A DNA stretch of 64,000 bases from Mytilus trossulus (taxonomy: Eukaryota), in NCBI RefSeq assembly GCF_036588685.1, contig NC_086373.1, positions 106,330,001 through 106,394,000 of the forward strand, written 5' to 3'. Each line of letters starts with the position of its first letter. Position 1 is the stretch's first letter. Positions 1-12,149 of the stretch are shown one piece after another. The notes beneath the pieces are model-generated. The model did no database searches, was not told where the DNA came from, and worked only from the letters and a program-made list of their open reading frames with translations. Both the position numbers and the translations under genes were made by a program.

Positions 1-2775
1 GTTACTGGCCTTGGTATGAGCTGACATACATTGACAATTGATAGGGTGTGGAGGTCTTTTCAGATAGTTTTAATGATAATGATTTTAAATTCAGTTGAAA
101 CCCTGACCTTGTGTTACTTTTGTATCAAGATAGAATATATGATAACTTAATTGTTTCTTTTCTATTGATAAAAGGACCTTTTAACCACCAGTTAAAGGCA
201 AATCATGAAGGTGTCATATGTTTTCCAAAAATATGATGCTGTAAATGATTTTTCACAATGAAGTTGAACACCAAATTATGCAGTTAAAAGGCTATTGATT
301 TTGGAGGGAGCTATAAATTTAATTGGGTATACTTCACATTTTATTTTCATCTTTGACAGACATCATGAAGCATATGGTGTACCAATGATGAGTCAAACCC
401 ACTCTAGAAGTCAATAACGAATGTATGGTGCTCCTTTTATGATATATATCACTTTATCTGTAGACAATAGGCTAATTAACAATCAATAACATGATGTTTT
501 ACTGATGGGCAAACCTCATCATTCACTGCTTATCGATCATGCTGCTGTGATCACTGTGAATCATTCATTTATATGTCTTAAATCTTCTACAAAGTAAACC
601 AGGCCAAAAGTTGTAGGTGCTATATTGTATATTACACTGGCCAAATTTATGTTGACATAAACAAGGATGTCTTTAATAGGTGCATAGTTCTCATATCAAG
701 GTCAAGCAATCTGAAGTTAATCTCATTTCATTGCTCTATTATGTCATGGAGACTAAAATAATAAATTGTAATGCAATAAAATATTGTCTGCCAATATTAG
801 ATGTGTTTACCTAGAATAATTGACGTTGAAATATTTGCCACTGGCCTATCATTTGAATATGCATCTATTTATTTGCCACTGGCTCTATTATTCTGCATGT
901 GCATATATATATATATTTGCCTCAAGCCTTAATTACTTAATGTGCAGGTGATATTTGCCATTATAAAGCATGGTTTGTCACATAACATTCCCAAGGACAA
1001 GTTTTATTGTACATGTATAGTCATTTGTATCACAAAACAAATTTAAATTATTTGGATTAATTGCCCATTAGAACATATTCTTATTTGGATTTTTTTTATA
1101 TTTCTTTTGAATGATTATGCAGGTGAAATGATGTAACACAACCCTGACATTATATTGAACAGAAGAATAATTGAAGCAATGATCATAGGGAGACTATTGG
1201 CAAACAATGAACATAGATCACTTATCAATTACTGCATCATTTGTTTGACTTGCATATCTGTTTTTGTTGGATGCACACAAATATGTGATTTATTGGTTCT
1301 TGGCCATATTGTCTAAGTCTCATCACTGTAAGGTCAAACAGGTGCTCCCTTAATGATATCACTTTGTCAATAGAAACTCAAGGTTGTCATAGAAATCTTT
1401 ACAGTATTATCATGATGATTGCCAATGAGACAACGATTCACCAGAGACTCTGCCTGAACAAGGATGTAAACAACTAGAGGGCAGGTCAAGATTGTTCCAT
1501 TCTAGAATTAAGTCACATCAGATCTTTACCTCAGGGTCTTTTTTTAAAAGGGGTATAGATCTTCACAGGAATTTCAAATTCTGACCAATAAGGAATGAAA
1601 AGAAGGATTCACCATAGATTGAAAATCAATAAATAAACATCTGATTGGGAAAAGTTCAAATTGACTTTGATTACAGCTGTTTTTATGTATGAATAATCTG
1701 TCCCATAGTAAAGTTCATCACTGATACAGATTAGATTATGTCAGTAAAAGAGTTTTGGAAATACATGGAGAAAGACAGGAAAGAGACAATTACTCAGACA
1801 ATAATTCTTATTTACTCTCTCTGGTATATTGAAAAAATGACTAATATGGCCCCATGGTATATGTTAAAGTAAATTGTTTGTAAATTGGATGTTGTAAATC
1901 AGCCTGAATTGTTTGATTGGTTTTGAACCCACAAGAGATTTACTGGAATAATTGATATCAAAGATTGATTAGGAAGTATGTAGATCAAGCAGATTTATAA
2001 ACCTTTGTTAACTCCAGGGGAATCTAAGGATCAGATCTAAGGAGTAGAGTAAGACATGTAATCTACTAAGTGCCTGAGAGGTTACTAATGGGAGACCTTA
2101 CTCAGGGGAATCTAAGGAGTTGAGTGCATGGGATTACTGATGAATGGCAAAGAATATTTTAAATAAAAAATGGAGGTCGAAGTGTATTTTGAGTAAAAAG
2201 AACTTAGTGCCATTAGAAGTTAGTGATGATGATAATTGATCCTTGTTTAATGTCCAGTGGCAGATAGTACATGTATATAAGAATGGGATCACATGTATGT
2301 TAGTATCATTGTAGTATTATTTGTCCAATACAATACATGGATTATACTTCCATGTTTATAATGATCCTTGTTATGACAGGTCATTCCTTCATTCTATCTG
2401 TCCATCTGTCTTTAAGACCTTGAATCTTTCAACTTTTTTTTTGGGGGGGGGGAGGGGTTTATGGAAAGGAATGATTTTATATTTGTTCTGTAGCTGTGGA
2501 GATGTCAATTTTTATATCTTAAATGTAGTTACTTCCTGTTTGATGATAGATTTCTTATGAAGCACAGAAGCACTTCATTCTAGAAATGTGTGCATGATCT
2601 AACATACACATAATGTAATTATTCAATTATGCACACTGATAATCATGCTATTATAGATTATGCATGAACCTATAATGAAAGTCAAAAACATATCATTCAT
2701 TGAACATTTATTTGTGTTAGTAGCTTTATTATGATTGTTTATATATAAGAATAACCTCTAAAAATATTGTATTAT

Positions 2776-3051
2776 AGGGTTATTGCATGAATATTGGGGA
2801 ATATTGTCCCGAGGCGAATTTTATATTGCACTCGCAAGCTCTACGAGGGACAATATTCCCCAATATTCATGCAATAACCCTTTTATTGTATAGCAACATA
2901 ATATTTGAAAGTAACATTGGTTTAAACTAAGATTTAAACGTTGATGACGTCATGAATTTTGAAGATTTATTGCACTAGTGTAATATTAGAATTTATTGCA
3001 CGCTAACTTTTGGTTATGTTCTGTGGGAAATATTATATTGCTATACAATAA
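2776..3051. mobile_element. Double-hairpin non-autonomous DNA element (Crypton-like architecture)
   Basis: Perfect 35-bp inverted repeat 2776-2810/2847-2881 with loop ...ctcgcaagctctacga. Immediately followed by a 23/24-bp inverted repeat 2883-2906/3028-3051. Confidence 0.7.
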
Positions 3052-5012
3052 TAAGTTTTATCATATCATTAGGTTAATTCCATTTTAACTCTTACACCTT
3101 CCTGATAATTTGTACATACTAATATGATAGGTGTATGGTGATCTAGAATAACTCAAATACAAAGGTGTATGGTGATCTAAAATAACTCCAAAGCAATGCT
3201 GTAATTAACAACCACTCAAATAGTTTAAAAGACAAACACTTTCCAATGGGATATTAGAAAATGATTTGAACATGTTATGACTAATTAAATAGGTGAAACC
3301 TAAAAAGTTCAAAACCCTAGAAAAGTAATTCAATAATATTTAGTATTCGGATCAGAAAGAATCCTTATTTTAGTATTGCGCCATAGACTGAAAACCTACA
3401 AAGTTGGCAGGGTTTTACAGAGTTCAATAGAGGAATTTGTCCTTTCTATATGGTAGTTTTCTCAGTGGGGAGTCTCATAACATAGAAAAATAATTTTATT
3501 GAGATAAGTTTATGTCAACATATTTTGTATGATATTTAAATAATATTATATGAAAATTAGAGTTTGAATTGACATTTAAACATTTAAGTTTTGTTCTAAA
3601 TATTTCTTCCATCTAATCCAATTTCTGACATTATTCAATATTGAGCAGAAATGTGTTAGATATGCATACAGCAATACAATGAAAGGGAGGTAACCACAAC
3701 CAAGTCAACTATAAAACTGTTTGAGAAGTTATATCAAGCATTAAAGTTATGTCAAAGCATGAACCTAACGTCAATTAGGTTTTTGACCTTGGTTTTGTTT
3801 ATCACGTTTTCACTTTCAGAAGAAGTACTTCTGATGATTCTTTTATACACCTTGTTTAAAAAACAAATTTAAATATAGGTAGTACTGAAGATCATAGATC
3901 TATGTAACGTCCAGTGAAAAATATTTCATGCATTTTTATGATTATAGCTTGATAAACTGTTTGTTTAATAATCAATTCAATAAGTTCATTAAAATAAGAT
4001 TTATCTTAGAATGAACATTGCAGATTTTAGATGTCCTTACAGTAGCTTATTGCATGTAATTTTCTATAACAACATTTGCACAGGCATTTTGAATTTTGAA
4101 TGACATTACAGAATAGACTCTGAAAAGATTAATTTTCAAAACAGATTTGTGGATAGTAATAATATTTTGAATTAGCAGAGAAATTTGTTAATACATCTGA
4201 AAACATTTGCTGCTGTATAGTGGTATAGGGATGTTGTTGTCATTTGAAGACTTGGTTTGTACCACGGTTCTATATATTAAAAGGAAAGTTGGAATTGATT
4301 TCGTGGGTTATGACTTGAATTATTTAAGAATTTTGAGACATAAAGGGGCCTGATATAAAGCAAACATATTTTTAGTTTCCTGACACTAACTTGAGTATAA
4401 GTGTATGGATTTGTATATTTTAGAGTAAAAAACTTTGTTTAAATTGCTTATTCTTGACCAACTTCAATGTGGTTAAAATAATATAGAAAATGTTGGAGTT
4501 CTTTGAAATGCCTGATCTTACTGCGTATTTAGAATTAAACAAAGATTGATTTGAATGTGCTGAATCTAATAATGTATACATTTTTAGATTTTGGAATTTC
4601 TGCCTTTTTTTGAGTCATTTTCAAATGAGTCCTGATCACCAGAGTTCAAAAGGGTTCAAAATTTAACTTTTTGTTTAACTTCAACAACAAAAAAGTGATA
4701 GGTGTTTTTTGGTTATCAGTATGCTGATTTGCTTAAATTTGATCAATTTTATTTTATTTCATTTTACATGAAGAGTTACCTCTCTTTCAATGTTTCAGCT
4801 CGTAATGTTTGTCATATATTTAAGGTGATGTGCTAAATTAACTAAGAAATTGGCTGATTCAGAAATATTTGTTTACATGATTATTAAAATCAAAGTTTTG
4901 TTTTGAAATGTACAAAAGAGTTTAAGAGTAAGACTTTTTAATGTCAAATTCCAGTCAATAAGGCTTGAATCAGTTAAGTCATAGATCTTTTCAACACTAT
5001 TGTTAGCCTACC

Positions 5013-6132
5013 CAGGGGCGGATTTAGGCGGGGGCGTGGCGGGCGTGCGCCCCCCCCTAAAATTTGCAAAGCATGGGTTGACTTCAACATATTTAAAGTA
5101 TCAGAAGAGACCATTCAATCTTTTTTAACATTCAAAGTATATAAAACAGTCAGTTTAACAGAATCAACGTGATTACTAATCAACTGACCTACGCTTAGTT
5201 CTATAAATGATTTCAAAGGGAGAAGTCAAACGCGGAGCTGCATTTGATGACACATATAATAGGTTTTTAGCAGTTACACATGTAAAGTAAAAAAAAAACT
5301 GTTACATTGTATTTGCGGTTTTTATAATCAATTTGTTTGATAATTGAAGTTCCAAAACACCCCTTACTCACTTTCACAATTTCATCATGACACGGTCAAG
5401 AAAGCAGTCGGCAGGTAAAATTATTTTATAATATCCGTAATGAAAGATAGAAATACTGTTTCAAGCGAAAGGTTAGTTTATTAATTTGTATCTCTGTGTC
5501 TATATTTACTTCTCATTTGCAACCTAAATATTTAGCCGAAATCTGTACCGTATTACTGTATGCTTGGGTCCCTAGAAAATAAACATAACTGCGTAAATGC
5601 ATCTCATTTTGATTTTAGTTGTTTGTGGCGAACACAGTAAAGTCTGGCACGACCTCCGAAAATCAAAAATGTAAAAAACAGATATTATGAAAGGACAATT
5701 AAAAATCGCTGGTAAAAGTAGAAATTTTCGTTTGAAAAATATATTGGTCTTGTGAGTAGTTGTGATCTGTCTCGTTCACTATGCGTCCGTCTGTCCGCCC
5801 GTCTATCTGTTGATTGTTGTCAGGTGTGGATTAATATAAAAAAGAAGATGTGGTATGATTGCCAATGAGACAACTATCCACAAAAGACCAAAATGACACA
5901 AACATTAACAACTATAGGTCACTGTACGGCCTTCAAGGCGGTTTCAGCTTGAAACTTTAATTCCTCACTAATTTTAACGCACAATAGTTCGAGATATCAA
6001 CATTGCACCCCTTTAGAAGAATATTTCAATAATTTTACTTTAAAAAAACCTCCAAATTTTTTTCGCCTCGCTCCGCTCGGCGAAAATAACAATTTGCGCC
6101 CCCCCTAACTTGAAATCCTGGATCCGCCCCTG
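5013..6132. mobile_element. Non-autonomous TIR DNA transposon with 5-bp TSD (hAT5-like)
   Basis: TIRs caggggcggatttagg / cctggatccgcccctg, flanked by ctacc at 5008-5012 and 6133-6137. GC/CpG-rich ends and no transposase ORF. Confidence 0.85.
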
Positions 6133-6364
6133 CTACCTTAGATTCATAGAATATTTTTGATGTTTTATTTCAAAGCTATGTGACAATTTACACCAGATTT
6201 GAATAATAAATTTACATGTTGTGCATTAGCTTGAGCTTTTTGGGATTAATTTATCCAACCTGTAAATTGTAGTTGGAGTCATTGTAAGTACATTTATTTC
6301 ATATCAGTTAAGAATAAGCTTCCCGTATTGGATTAAAAGGGAAAACATGACATTTATTATTCTT

Positions 6365-7300
6365 CAGTAAAAAGTTCCATTGGTCATAAATAGAACAAAA
6401 CAGACCAGAAAACGGGTTGTGAACGGACTTTTATGATGACGGGTGGGGCATGGTTTCCATCTGTTAATGACTGTTGGGGCGGGGTTTTCGTCTGTTAATG
6501 ACCGTTTGGGCGGGGGTTTTGTCTGTTAATGACTGTTGGGACGGGGTTTCTCTGTTAATGACCTTTGGAGCGTTGTTTCTCTGTTTAGAGAGATGTCCGT
6601 TTAATAAAACATTTTCCTGATTTTAATATCATATTCAAGTTGTTGAATTGCTTACCATATGTTTTCAAAAATTATAAAATTATAGAGAACATTAAGTTTT
6701 AATATTCTGAAATATTGCACTAAAATGAATGGCTAGTCTTCAATTTTTGCCATAGAAATCGTACAACTAATCGAGTTTGTTTTGGACATTTTGAATTTAT
6801 GAAGATTTTCAAAGACATGGTTCATCAATGAAATAAACATAATAGTTCTTGAAGAACTGGACATTATCGTGATACATGGACTGCCTGTAGGACAGTGGTA
6901 ATTTGACTGTGACAGGGATAATGACCTCGCCTTCGGCTCAGTCATTATCACTATATCAGTCAATACCACTGTCCTGTGGGCAGTCCGTATTATAGTATTA
7001 ATGTATGGACTTTTTAATATTGGCCCTGTAACATACCCATACTCTGTCCGAGGCCATTATTAATATCAAGAGCATGTTACAGGGCCAATATGAGAAAGTC
7101 CATATATTGATACTTTATAAAGAAATAAATGACATTTTGATTTAATCGATGTCCCGTTTCATCTGTTCATAATGCATGACAGTGATTCGTAATGCACGGG
7201 TGTGATTTTGTAATGCATGACTAAGATTTCATAATGACTGGCTGTAGCAATTTCTCCGTTCATAATGACCAGATTTCAGGTGTAATGGGACTTTTAACTG
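6365..7300. mobile_element. Non-autonomous TIR element with subterminal repeats
   Basis: TIRs cagtaaaaagttccatt / aatgggacttttaactg (15/17). About 30-bp repeats (ctgttaatgac...gggcgggg) at 6460-6590 and cataatg repeats near the right end. No TSD seen. Confidence 0.6.
6878..7115. mobile_element. Double-hairpin element nested in the 6365-7300 element
   Basis: Hairpin 6878-6986 with loop ctcgccttcggctc. Adjacent second hairpin at about 6993-7114 (atattggccctgtaacat / atgttacagggccaatat). Confidence 0.65.
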
Positions 7301-8569
7301 TCATTAAAATTTAAAGGCAATTTTTAATGCTTAAAAAATTCTCCATTTTATTTTACATAACCAATTTTCTGATTAGTAATTTAATTCTTTCAACAATTTT
7401 CCATTTTAGTCTTTAATTCAATATAGCCTGCAACAGGTTTATTTTACACTCCTGGAATAGCCGTGTATTTACAAATTTGCAGTAAAAGTTTTTCCTGTTT
7501 CCTGCATTGAACAGTGCTTGTTATGTAAAAGAAGTGTTAAGGGAAAGAAATCGGGGAATAAAAAGGGGTCATTTTAAAGTTTTATGGGGTATCCTCTTAA
7601 AGCAGGTTGTTTTGTATGAAATATTTTAAAAATATTTTGTAACAGTTGAGCTGTGTATCATCTATGGATACCTGACTGACTCCATACTAGCTATTTCTCA
7701 GTGATTGATAATGAAACACAAGTATGCTGACGTAAGCATATTGATATGCTATAACTTTGAGAGAGCATCTGTTCATTAATAGCCGTCTTCTGATTAAATC
7801 TTTCATTATCTGACCTGAAAAATCAGATTCTGATGTATTGCAACATATCTTTGAAATTATATATATCCACACAAAAGTTTTGTGAAAACTACTTACAATC
7901 TTGTATGTATGAATGGTTTGAAGTAAATTACACATGTTCTGGGATATTTTAATCAAGAAAGTATAAATATAACTTGTGTATCTGACCTTTTTCTACTGTA
8001 ATATTTTATCTTTGATATGTTGCAGTTATTTCCCTTTGTCTATAGACATAACCATGACAACACTTACGTCAGACTCTCAGTAAGATAGTGACATGGGCAT
8101 TAATTGTAGCATAATAAATGTTCTAATCATTGGGTAATTAGACTTGCCAGAAGTTTTACATTCCTTAGCGCCAAATTCTCCTAACCCTGGTCAGACAAAG
8201 GTCATCAGTACTTGAAAGTTGTGGAAAGTTTTGAAACTTTGACCAGAAGATCCTATCAGATTGATATAGATGAGTGCTCTACATAGAATATTGTTATCTA
8301 TTCTATTTCAATTTTAATTTTCCAATCATTTTAATGGTCTGATTAAGTTGCTCTTGTGAAGAATAAATAATCTGAAAAATTGATTAGAAGTTGAGGGGGG
8401 AGGGAGGGAAATAAGTTTATTATCAAAAAAATTGAAAAAGTGAATGAAATAGTATTATTAAAAATTTGTAGAAAATCAGATTAAATGTTTAATGAAATAT
8501 ATATGATAAACAGTAATATGTAAGTTTTATGTGAATAATGTAAATTCTTGTACAAAGAAAAGAGAGTAA

Positions 8570-8692
8570 AAGCGTTACAGTGTAGATATAATAAGCTCTG
8601 CCAGGTATTACGTAGAGAGCTGACTGATGCTTGTAAATTTGTCAAAGATTCTACTAGTTCTATGTCATTCTCACTGTCATGTTCTCCTTACA
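8570..8692 (+). promoter_or_regulatory. Putative promoter/5'UTR of the 8693 first exon
   Basis: TATA-like gatatataataa at about 8585 and local CpGs, about 100 bp upstream of the ATG. Positional inference only. Confidence 0.25.
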
Positions 8693-8820
8693 ATGGCTGC
8701 AGCTGCTATCTATAGAAAGTTTAAAAAACTTGGTTTAGTTCCGAAACACGGTAAAAAACATAATCATGGAAATCCTAGAGTTAAACATCCGGATGATGAT
8801 GATGAGGAGGATCGGGATAC
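8693..8820 (+). CDS. PDE4: PDE4 alternative first coding exon (MAAAAIYRKFKKLGLVPKHGKKHNHGNPRVKHPDDDDEEDRD)
   Basis: ATG in a good context (acaATGg), 42 codons + 2 nt, donor AC|gtgagt. Phase 2 gives an in-frame join to 35323 (DT-FDVENG). Confidence 0.72.
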
Positions 8821-9585
8821 GTGAGTAATTTTACAGTATGACCTGTTTTATATGAACTTCCGTGTTTAACAGGAATGCATATGTTGTTTATCATAGTTAT
8901 TTATTTATCTTGTGTAGAATTTCTTCATTAATTTCCACCAACATGTTGTTTTATAATGAGGTAACAGAAAGAAACATTGTAAATATCTCGTTTTGATGAT
9001 TTAATTACCTCATGCACAACTTAAACTACTTTCTTGGTGTTAGCTGTGAATGTTTTAGGAATTATTTGAAGATGTTGATGTGTAAACAAAAAAAGGGGGG
9101 GATGATAAAAGATTTGAAGATTGAGAAGGGAATCATTATGGATATCTTGATAATACCTTTAAATTTTAATGTATGTTAAGATGAAGCATCATCGATGATA
9201 ATCCCAAATATAGTTTTTTATTGCAAAGCTATTAATAATCTGGCTTTGACATGTATGTGCACTACTTTTGGTTTGTTTGTTGTTAGTCTGTTTTATTTTT
9301 TAGTCTTAGTAATACAAGTTGTTTCCTATTGTTTCATGAAATATGATTGAAGGTTTCTGTCCCAGTGACATACATTTAATACTTTTGAATCAAATGTATT
9401 TTTTTACTTTTGATTTATTTCTCAAGGACCTTTCATGACACACTAACAGTAGTTTTCAATGTGTCATTTACCATTATTAAGTACCAGTACAATTTTGTTT
9501 TGTTGCAGTAATTCATAATGACCCATATTTCACAGTTCAGCTATTTTATTGAAGTTTGGAAACCTTATGTAGTAAGTTACCATTT

Positions 9586-9672
9586 GTGGATCCAAGGGGA
9601 AAGTTACGGTGATTGGGAAACTAGGTTGGGACCCTCCTGCCCCTGTTAAAAAAAATGGCTGTATCCGCCCCT
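9586..9672. mobile_element. Decayed mini-MITE of the ggcggatccagg TIR class
   Basis: gtggatccaagggg ... gctgtatccgcccc. Confidence 0.5.
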
Positions 9673-10492
9673 TCAACCATTGGTAAAGTCAAACACAGCA
9701 GTTATTTTATCATAATGATCTCCTTTTGTATAATTTTATGTCTAAAGTTTATTCTTTCATTAAGGTTCACATGTCATAAAGGGTATGACTTTTCAACTTT
9801 AACCTTAGGTTAATGAAATAGGGTATGCAGATGCATCGTGGGCTGGGAGTGAGGCATATACTTAGGTCTGGTTAATTTTTGCATTTTGACCCATTTGACC
9901 CCAATTGTAATAAATCCTTATCCAATTAGTGCCAGGCTTATAAAGTTTGTACTGTAGAACTTAGGTTGAGACTTGGTATGCTGATACATGTACATCATGA
10001 AATGTTAATTCATATACAGAAGGATTGTCAATCTGACCTTAAGTTTGACCTTCATCTTTAAGATAGTAAAACATTTCTAATTTATGTTCTGTGCATAACT
10101 TTTGTACCCTAGAAGTTTGAATGATAAAATTTGGTAGATCTTGGTAAGCAAAAGGATTATACTAACCTTGACCTTTTCCTTTGACCCCTATAATAGTAAA
10201 ACATTGTCAGATTTGTGTTTGGTGCATCCCTTTTGTACTGTGGCACTTATATTCTTTAAATAAAGAATTTATTATTATATTATTATTATTATTGACAACA
10301 AATTTTGTATTCAAAAACTTGATGGGATCAGGATGTGTCAAATACCAAAAGTCTCCTTCACCGTTGATCTCTATACTAAAAGTCCATCTCAATTGTCATT
10401 ATTTCAATTCTAAATTTCATGGTAGGAACTAAAACGCTTGTACAGAGGAGTACTAGTCCCACTTTCCAGACATCTTTAGTTGACTCTATATA

Positions 10493-10889
10493 CAAATAAA
10501 CTCATCATAGATACCAGGATCAAAATTTTATATTAACCCCAGTCATTGGTTTTGTCTAAAAAAGACTCATCAGTGACGCTCTAATAAAAAAATGTTTAAA
10601 AGACCAAATAGAATACAAAGTTGAAGAGCATTGAGGACCAAAAATTCCTAAAAGTTTTGCAAAATACAGCTTATAAGGTAATCTATTCCTGAGGTAGAAA
10701 AGCCTTAGTTTTTCAAAAATTCAAAGTTTTGTTTAAACAGCTAATTTATATTTATAAACACATATCAATGATAACTCATAGTCAACACAGAAGTGCTGAC
10801 TACTGGGCTGGTGATACCCTTGGGGAAATAAATCTCCACCAGCAGTGGTATGGACCCAGAGATTGCAAATAAACTCATCATAGATACCA
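10493..10889 (-). mobile_element. Non-LTR retrozyme monomer (~373 nt) with type I hammerhead ribozyme
   Basis: 24-bp direct terminal repeats caaataaactcatcatagatacca at 10493-10516 and 10866-10889. The minus strand reads gagcgtca-CTGATGA-gtct-ttttt-agac-AAAAC, a hammerhead core with the GAAA G mutated. Confidence 0.75.
10538..10581 (-). ncRNA. Degenerate type I hammerhead ribozyme
   Basis: CUGAUGA box and stem II gucu/agac. The second box is AAAAC instead of GAAAC, so it is probably inactive. Confidence 0.65.
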
Positions 10890-11797
10890 TGGGGTCCATA
10901 AACCTTGTCATTGATTATTCTTGTAAAGAAAGGTCTGTACCAAATGTTGTTTCTTTCAAAAATTTGAAAAGGCCTTTTACATAAATTACATTTAAATGCT
11001 ATGAAATTATGATTTGAATTTTATTTAAGATCAGATGAATGAAATAAAAATAAGCCATGCTGAAATGAATTAAGGGGGTACTAACCATGTTTTACAACTG
11101 GTTTTTGAAAAGCTTTTATTTTGCCATTTTGCTATTTTGGCAAAATACCTCTAAGTGAGACATTCAGACTCCGAGGAACTTTAGTTTATTTGGTCTTTCT
11201 ATTGTTCCCATGTTGCATTTCTCTATGTTGTGAAAGAAAATAGGATTATGAGAGATGGTAGAATAAATTGATTTTTGATCAGTTTGATATAATTTTGAGA
11301 TTTTTGAGGGTTTTTTTTGTACTGTTTGTAATATCCTTCTTATTATTATTACTTCCCCCTGTATCAGGAAGACAGATGCCATTGATCGATATTTGGCCAT
11401 TTGATATATTTTCCTTTCTCTTTACACATTTTCACTCTGGGATTGAACTGTAAATATGTGTGTGTTTATTTTTGGAATTGTGAGTGTTTTAGCAGATGAT
11501 GGACAGATACAATAATATACTACAACACTGAGGAAATGTTTTACCATTATCTTTATAGCTTTATCATTGTTCTCACATTAAGAAGGGGTGTTTTCCAGGG
11601 GTGGGGAGAAATATAGCAAAGATACAGAGATGTTTCGTATTTAATCATTGTTCAGACACTATGAAGGGGGATTTTCTGTTGGTGTGCAGATATATATCTA
11701 AGATGAAGCTATTTTATCTATAGGTGGATAGTTAGTGAAGATAGGAGATATTTTGACATTATAAAATGGGGGGACAGATAATAGCAAAGATGATTAA

Positions 11798-12149
11798 GAG
11801 AGCTGTGGTGTACTGGTTAGTGCATTGGACTACTAACACAATGGTTCCTGGTTCAATTCCCGTTTGGGATGAAAATTTCAGGAACTCAATTTTCGGCTTT
11901 CCCTTGACGCAATTTGCAAGTATGGTCTTGAGGAAATGATGATAGTCTGTCGGAAGGGGACGATAAATGGCTTACCCATATTAAGAGAGAGCCATATCTC
12001 TTGCATGTTAAAGACACCCTTGTAGATTTCTAAAAAAGAGTAGGCTAATGCCGCTACAAGGCAGCACTCCCACCCCCAAAGAGGACAGGGATTAATATAA
12101 GTTGCAAAAACTTGTTTCCCAATCCACTATAAATAAATATGTTTAAACT
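11798..12149 (+). mobile_element. tRNA-derived SINE with Meta-like central domain (bivalve Meta-SINE type)
   Basis: tRNA-like head with A box tggtgtactgg and B box ggttcaattcc. Meta-like core gtctgtcggaaggggacgataaatg...tgcatgttaaagacaccc and an AT-rich tail. 12-bp TSD aaagatgattaa (11786-11797) / aaagatgagtaa (12150-12161). Confidence 0.85.

Noticed and set aside
360-423. Good splice acceptor (ttcatctttgacag)
   Set aside because: All three frames hit stops before a plausible donor.
11798-11870. tRNA gene
   Set aside because: The cloverleaf is imperfect and continues into a SINE body with a TSD.
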